Below, one piece after another: positions 63,167 to 64,000 of a stretch of 64,000 nt of DNA. Below the pieces are notes generated by a model. That model did no database searches. It was not told the DNA's origin and worked only from the letters and a program-made list of their open reading frames with translations. The stretch comes from the human T2T-CHM13v2.0 reference genome, Homo sapiens, in assembly GCF_009914755.1 (NCBI RefSeq), contig NC_060925.1; one strand, given 5' to 3'. The translations under genes and the position numbers were made by a program. Numbering within the stretch: the first letter of the stretch is position 1; each line of letters opens with the position of its first letter.

Positions 63167-64000
63167 ATTTGTGACCATTTCTAAAATCTCCAAAATGTAA
63201 AATTATACAATTAAGAATTAAAATAATTTTTTAAAACCAAGTGATATCTGACTGGTTCATATATTTAAATGAATAAATTATTATCATATAGAAAAGAAAT
63301 GCAAAGCATCATTGTTCTACTCTGCATTTCCAAAATTTGAAGCACTGGTCTGATTATAGGCTTCAAAATCTAGTTCAAGAATTCTGTCTCACACATTGCC
63401 AACCAACATTACTGTAGATTCGAGAGCTTAAAAATTTGGTCATTATCAAGAATTCAGCCTTAAGTTCTTTCTGGAGTGAAGTAGGACTATAGATAAGTTT
63501 AAAAAGTCATCAAGCAATTTTTTTCTCCTTTGGACGGCTTCTTTTCTAAGAAGTCAGTCTCTGTTTTCACACAAACCCCATATTCTCATCCTGTGGTACT
63601 TTAAAAGCACAACAATACTTCTTACCACTTAGAGTGAATAAATAATTCACAGTAAGATAATATCAAATGTAACACAGAATTAGTCAAACATCTTACAAGC
63701 CCCTTGAGAAGTATCTTCAAAAGAAAATACCGAGGGACAATTTTATGGATTCCTGTATTTTTTCCAATAATGTCAACACAATAAGAAACATTCATATTTC
63801 GTGTTGCCTTTTTGGAAAAGTCCCATTTGATCAACAGGGTAGCTCTGGTGTTCTAATGCACAAGAAGCCCAGACAGCTCTTGCAGTTTGCCAGATAATAG
63901 AATATAAGCTAAAAGGAGCTGAGAGGTCTTCCAGCACATCTTCTCTAGGGAATGATTGCAGCAGAATTATGCTAGAAATGAGAGATTTATCTCTCTTTAA

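Overview
Primate (very likely human) genomic DNA, not prokaryotic. The only protein-coding gene supported is DDX59 (zf-HIT DEAD-box RNA helicase) on the minus strand. I reconstructed it by hand: a non-coding exon 1 in a CpG island (~38695-38850) plus seven coding exons (35668-34865, 33014-32847, 28044-27955, 19611-19360, 18160-18008, 17501-17373, 13451-13188). These sum to 1860 nt = 619 aa + stop, all with GT-AG introns. The rest is about 60 Alu elements or fragments plus L1, L2, MIR, MaLR/ERV1 solo LTRs and Tigger/hAT DNA-transposon fossils. Repeat subfamily names come from memory of consensus sequences and repeat ends are approximate. Nearly all other ORF-track entries are Alu or simple-repeat artefacts. 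I find no evidence of a new multi-gene system. The best leads are about gene architecture: every coding intron is phase 0; inverted Alus bracket exons 6-7, which could circularise into a stop-free ORF; there is a candidate in-frame alternative last exon with a hydrophobic tail; and helicase motifs V/VI are divergent. There are also several local rearrangement scars (a 32-bp-stem hairpin, young tandem duplications, re-used Alu target sites, a triple-left-arm Alu).
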